Shown piece after piece: positions 6,877 to 10,901 of a DNA stretch of 10,901 bases. Position numbers and translations under genes: made by a program. The notes under the pieces are model-generated. The model searched no databases, was not told the origin of the DNA, and saw only the letters and a program-made list of their open reading frames with translations. Within the stretch, counting starts at the first letter, position 1. Every line of letters starts with the position of its first letter. Origin of the DNA: an uncultured Aquificales bacterium (lineage in GTDB: Bacteria; Thermosulfidibacterota; Thermosulfidibacteria; Thermosulfidibacterales; Thermosulfidibacteraceae); assembly GCA_964411615.1 (NCBI GenBank), contig CAYPLO010000053.1, positions 1 to 10,901 of the forward strand, in the 5' to 3' direction.

Positions 6877-8238
6877 ATGAGGAAGGTATCACTTCTCTTA
6901 GCCGTACTCTTTGCCTTAAGGGCCTGGGGTGCCGAGCTGGGGCTTGAGGATGTGGTCTCCTTAGCCCTCAAGAGAAACCCCATAGCCAAGGAGGCCCGAT
7001 ACGCAGAGAGGCTCCAGCTCTACAGGGAGAAGGAGAGCTTCTCCCGGCTCCTTCCCAAGCTCACCTTCGGCTACTCCTACACCCACCTGAAGGAGGAGCC
7101 CGTTGCAAAGTTCAACTTCCACATGCCCCAGGGCTTTCCTTTTCCCCTGCCCATCTCCGGAAAGCAGAAGGTGAAAACGGGGGAGCACCAGAACGTTAAG
7201 TGGGACATAACCGCCAGCTGGCCCCTATTCACCGGTTTCTACCTGACAGCCATACACCAGATGGAAAAACTCGGGCTGAAGGCCACACGCTTCAGAAAGA
7301 GGCTGGCCATGCTCCAGATAGCCCACGCAGCAAGGTCCGCCTACTACCAGGTCCTCATAGCCCAGAAGAACCTGGAGACCGCCAGGGAATCGGTGAAGCA
7401 GCTTGAGGCACACCTCAGGGATGCGGAGAACTTCTACAGGGAGGGGCTGGTCCCCTACAACGACGTTCTGAAGGCGAAGGTGGCACTGGCAAAGGCCAAA
7501 GAGGCGGTCACCAGGGCAAAAGAAGACCTTGAGACGGCCTGGGTTGCCCTGAACCTCATCATAAGGAACCCCGACATATACGCACACCACAGGCTCACCG
7601 ACGGCCTTGAGCCGAAGCCCGAAGCCGACCTATTGCCTTTAAGGAGGCTCATGGAACTTGCCCTGAGGAACCGCCCCGATGTGGAGGCTGCAAGAGTGGC
7701 CGTTGAGCAGGCGAAGCTCTCGGTTAAGGCGGCCAAGAGCAGGTATTACCCATGGGTGACCCTATACAGCAGCTACTACCAGCAGGGGGACAACCTTCTG
7801 GCCAACAACAACGACCACACCAACAGGGAGAACTTCGCCGTGGGCTTCAGGATAGACCTGTTGCTCTTCGACTTCTTCGGCAGAAGGTACAGGGTCCACC
7901 AGGCCAGAAGTGCCGTTCTGCTCAAAGAGAGCATGCTTGAGGAAGTTAAAGACAGGGTGAGGCTCCAGGTGAGGAAGGCCTACGCAGACGTCATTGTGGC
8001 CCTGAGGAACATAGAGACGGCGAGGGCTGCGGTGGCCCACGCCAAGGAAGACCTGAGAATCACCCGGCTCCAGTACTCCCAGCAGATAGCCTCATCTTCA
8101 GATGTGATAGACTCGGAGAAGAGCTACATAGAGGCCAAAAACCTCTACCACAACGCCCTGTACGCCTACCACATAGCCCTCTCCAAGCTGGCAACGGCAT
8201 GCGGGGTTATGCGGGAAGAGCTCCTCTTCAAGAGGTAG
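6877..8238 (+). CDS. TolC-family outer membrane efflux channel (453 aa)
   Basis: Signal peptide (MRKVSLLLAVLFALRAWG-A), then LGLEDVVSLALKRNP. Two OEP repeats (LLPKLTFGYSY...WPLFTGF and YYPWVTLYSSY...LLLFDFFG), AYYQVL / AYADV helices, ALRNRPDV, and YREGLV / YSQQIASSSDVIDSE. It lies directly upstream of an adaptor and an MFS gene. Confidence 0.93.
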   Translation: MRKVSLLLAVLFALRAWGAELGLEDVVSLALKRNPIAKEARYAERLQLYREKESFSRLLPKLTFGYSYTHLKEEPVAKFNFHMPQGFPFPLPISGKQKVKTGEHQNVKWDITASWPLFTGFYLTAIHQMEKLGLKATRFRKRLAMLQIAHAARSAYYQVLIAQKNLETARESVKQLEAHLRDAENFYREGLVPYNDVLKAKVALAKAKEAVTRAKEDLETAWVALNLIIRNPDIYAHHRLTDGLEPKPEADLLPLRRLMELALRNRPDVEAARVAVEQAKLSVKAAKSRYYPWVTLYSSYYQQGDNLLANNNDHTNRENFAVGFRIDLLLFDFFGRRYRVHQARSAVLLKESMLEEVKDRVRLQVRKAYADVIVALRNIETARAAVAHAKEDLRITRLQYSQQIASSSDVIDSEKSYIEAKNLYHNALYAYHIALSKLATACGVMREELLFKR

Positions 8239-8242
8239 TCAG

Positions 8243-9370
8243 GTGAAGAGGAAGGTAGCCCTTGCGGTTCTAATCACCCTCACGGTTATGGTGGCAGGCT
8301 ACGGGGCCTGGCTCATAAAGCACCACATGGACTACGCCATCACCAACGCCGTCTTCGTGGATACCGAGGATATAGTGAATGTGGGATTCAAGCGGGTTGC
8401 AGGCAGAATCGTGAAGATGACCAAAAGGGAGGGGGACCCCGTAAGGAGAGGAGAGGTCCTGGCGGTGATAGACGACAGGGACTACAGGCTTCAGGTGAGG
8501 GCCATAGAGAAGCAGCTTGAGGCGCTGAGGGCAAAGAGGAGACAGCTTAATATCACACTCTCCCGCATAAAGAGACAGCTGCACCTTTCCGTCTCCAAGG
8601 CAAAAGACAGGGTAAAGGCCCTCAACAGCCAGATAAGGTCGGTGAAGGCCGAGATAGAGGCCCTGAGGGCCCAGACTGCGCAGACCAGAAGGGACAGGAA
8701 CAGGTTCTACAGGCTCTACAGGAGACACGCGGTGGCAAGAAGGAGGTTTGAAGAGCTGGACACCAGGCTGAAGGTGCTGAAGGAGAAGACCAGGGCCCTC
8801 AAGGAGAGGCTGAAGGCCCTGAAGGTGGAAAGGGAGGCGGCCCGCAAGGACCTCAAGATGGCCATCAGCAACCTGTCCCGCATAAAGGAGACCCAAGAGG
8901 CCATAAGGGAGCTGAACAGGCAGATAGAGAGCCTTCAGGCGAAGCTGGAGGATGCAAAACTACAGGTGGGCTACTGTGTGCTGAAAAGCCCCATAACGGG
9001 GAGGGTGGCCAAGAAGTACAGAAGCACGGGAGATGTGGTGGGACCTGGCATGCCCGTATACGCCTTAGTGGACCCCAAGGACATATTCATCCTGGTGCTC
9101 CTTGAGGAGACAAAGCTGAAAGGTGTAAAGCCGGGGTGCCCCGCAAGAATAAAGATAGATGCCCTCCCCGATGAAGAGTACAGGGGTGTGGTTGAGAGGA
9201 TACTTCCCACCTCGGCGGCCAAGTTCGCCCTGGTTCCCAGGGACATCTCCGCCGGCGAGTTCACAAAGGTGGTCCAGAGGATTCCCGTTAAGGTGAGAAT
9301 CACCGGCGGAGACATCTCCAAGCTGGTGGTGGGGATGGGGGGAGAGATAGAGATAAAAAGGGCAAAATGA
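8243..9370 (+). CDS. emrA: EmrA/HlyD-family periplasmic adaptor (membrane fusion protein, 375 aa)
   Basis: GTG start with AGAGGT upstream. N-terminal TM anchor, ITNAVFV, lipoyl halves (VAGRIVKM..EGDPVRRGEVLAVID and LKSPITGRV..GDVVGPG), a coiled coil of about 160 aa, EETKLKGVKPG, and the EmrA-type loop FALVPRDISAGEFTKVVQRIPVKV. Confidence 0.93.
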   Translation: MKRKVALAVLITLTVMVAGYGAWLIKHHMDYAITNAVFVDTEDIVNVGFKRVAGRIVKMTKREGDPVRRGEVLAVIDDRDYRLQVRAIEKQLEALRAKRRQLNITLSRIKRQLHLSVSKAKDRVKALNSQIRSVKAEIEALRAQTAQTRRDRNRFYRLYRRHAVARRRFEELDTRLKVLKEKTRALKERLKALKVEREAARKDLKMAISNLSRIKETQEAIRELNRQIESLQAKLEDAKLQVGYCVLKSPITGRVAKKYRSTGDVVGPGMPVYALVDPKDIFILVLLEETKLKGVKPGCPARIKIDALPDEEYRGVVERILPTSAAKFALVPRDISAGEFTKVVQRIPVKVRITGGDISKLVVGMGGEIEIKRAK

Positions 9371-10901
9371 ACCGGGAAGCCCCCATCCATCAGCGCATAT
9401 CCACAGCCGAAAGGTCCTTCCTTACGGTGATAATCATAGTGGGAGTCTTCATGGCCATACTGGACACCACCATAGTGGAGGTCATCGTTCCCAAGATAAT
9501 GGCCCCCCTCTCAACGGATATCTACGGAGTCCAGTGGGTGATAACCTCCTACATGATAGCCGCCGCCACAGGGCTACTGCTGGTGGAGAGCCTCGCAGAG
9601 TCCATGGGGTTGAAGAGGGTCTTCATGCTGGGGCTCTTCCTCTTCACATCCGCCAGCTTCATGTGCGGACACGCGAAAACCCTGGCGGAGATGATAGTCT
9701 TCAGGGCCATCCAGGGCTCAGGAGAGGCCTTCCTGGTGGCAACGGCTGAGACCATGCTCTTCAGCATATATCCCCCCGAAAGGAGGGGACTGGCCATGGG
9801 CATATACGCCCTCTCCGTTAGCTTCGCCCCCTCCTTAGGCCCGGTGCTTGGAGGCTACATAACTGAGCACTTGGGCTGGAGGCACGTATTCTACATAAAC
9901 GTCCCCATAGGGATTATAAACCTCCTTGCGGCGGCCTTCTTCATACCCAGGATAATGGAGGATAGAAAGCCCTTCAGGTTCAATCTGGTCAGCTTCACCT
10001 TCATCTCCTTAGCCACAGTCTCCCTGCTCACCATGCTATCAAAGGGCCAGCAGAAGGGGTGGTTCCAGTCCATGTTCATAATAAAGCTCACCCTTGCGGC
10101 CATCCTGGGTTATCTGCTCTTCGCCATAAGCGAGCTGCTATCCAAAAGGCCCCTTATAGACTTCGGCATCTTCAGGATACCTGAGTTCAGCGTGGCCTTC
10201 TCCATCTACTTCTTCGTCTTGGGGTTATCCATGTACCAGGTCTTCTACCTGCTACCGCTTTACTACGAGCACCTGAGGATGCTCAGCACCCTCCAGACGG
10301 GGCTGCACCTTCTGCCCATGGCCTTAACCGTTGGGCTATTCTCCATCGTATCTGGAGCCTTAAGCGACAGAATAGGACCCGAAAGGGTGCTTGTGGCATC
10401 CTCCGTGCTTCTGGTGGTGGGGGCATACTACCTGCTCCCGGAACTCAACTACTACACCCCCAAGGTTAAAACATCACTCATACCGTTGCTCTACTCCGTG
10501 GGCATGGGGATGTTCTTCGCCCCCATAACCACCTTAGCCCTCAAGGAGCTGGGGGATAAAACCAACCTGGGGGTGAGCCTCATGCACTACATAAGGTTCG
10601 TGGGAGGCTCCTTCGGAACCGCCATAGCCACCAACACCCTGCAGAGGAACCTGGCCTTCCACTACGACGAGATATGCGCCATGCAGAGCAGAAACCTCTT
10701 CTACGCCAAGGGATACGTAGCGATGTGGCAACAGCAACTCACCCAGATTTTCCCGCCAGATGTGGCCGCCAAAAAGGCAAAGGCCCTCTTCGGATACGCC
10801 ACCTACATCCAGGCCCTCAGCCACGGCTTCCAGAGCACATTCCAGGAGACATCCCTATCCGCAATCCTGGGCATAATCCTGCTGGGGGTGTACTTCTTGG
10901 T
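9367..10901 (+). CDS. emrB: EmrB/QacA (DHA2, 14-TMS) MFS efflux transporter, running off the right edge
   Basis: Translated by hand; not in the ORF track. ATG at 9367 overlaps the emrA stop (ATGA). Open for 511 codons: MNREAPIHQR...GVFMAILDTTIVEV...QWVITSYMIA...FRAIQG...YPPERRGLAMG...APSLGPVLGGYITEHLGWRHVFYINVPIG...RPLIDFGIFR...GALSDRIG...RFVGGSFGTAI. These correspond to the DHA2 motifs D1, B and C plus the conserved WRxxFxINVPIG segment. Confidence 0.94.
   Translation, partial: MNREAPIHQRISTAERSFLTVIIIVGVFMAILDTTIVEVIVPKIMAPLSTDIYGVQWVITSYMIAAATGLLLVESLAESMGLKRVFMLGLFLFTSASFMCGHAKTLAEMIVFRAIQGSGEAFLVATAETMLFSIYPPERRGLAMGIYALSVSFAPSLGPVLGGYITEHLGWRHVFYINVPIGIINLLAAAFFIPRIMEDRKPFRFNLVSFTFISLATVSLLTMLSKGQQKGWFQSMFIIKLTLAAILGYLLFAISELLSKRPLIDFGIFRIPEFSVAFSIYFFVLGLSMYQVFYLLPLYYEHLRMLSTLQTGLHLLPMALTVGLFSIVSGALSDRIGPERVLVASSVLLVVGAYYLLPELNYYTPKVKTSLIPLLYSVGMGMFFAPITTLALKELGDKTNLGVSLMHYIRFVGGSFGTAIATNTLQRNLAFHYDEICAMQSRNLFYAKGYVAMWQQQLTQIFPPDVAAKKAKALFGYATYIQALSHGFQSTFQETSLSAILGIILLGVYFL

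Noticed and set aside
6693..10824. Minus-strand and alternative-frame ORFs within hupE, tolC, emrA and emrB (e.g. 8270-8896, 8971-9390, 10534-10824)
   Set aside because: They are shadows of the transporter and efflux genes with no independent coding evidence.
1..10901. Codon-style difference between the blocks (more G/T-ending codons in hyp genes, more C-ending codons in hupE-emrB) as a sign of horizontal transfer
   Set aside because: By eye, both patterns correspond to C enrichment on the plus strand at silent sites, which replication-strand skew explains more simply. Both blocks share AGG/ATA usage, and I saw no integrase, transposase, tRNA or flanking repeats. Not quantified.

Overview
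The window holds two divergent, tightly packed gene blocks separated by only 70 bp. Heavy AGG/ATA codon use suggests a thermophilic bacterium, and the TolC system implies it is diderm. On the minus strand is a complete [NiFe]-hydrogenase maturation operon in the order hypE-hypD-hypF-hypC-hypA-hypB. It runs directly into a gene the ORF track missed (679 to <1), which encodes a TatB/TatA-like N-terminal module fused in frame to TatC. On the plus strand is a HupE/UreJ-family nickel permease followed by a TolC-EmrA-EmrB (DHA2 MFS) tripartite efflux system; emrB was also missed by the track and runs off the right edge. The most notable observation is the apparent natural TatB-TatC fusion translationally coupled to the hyp genes. 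Second is the pairing of a Ni importer with an efflux pump behind a compact divergent promoter. I saw no RNA genes, CRISPR arrays or mobile elements.
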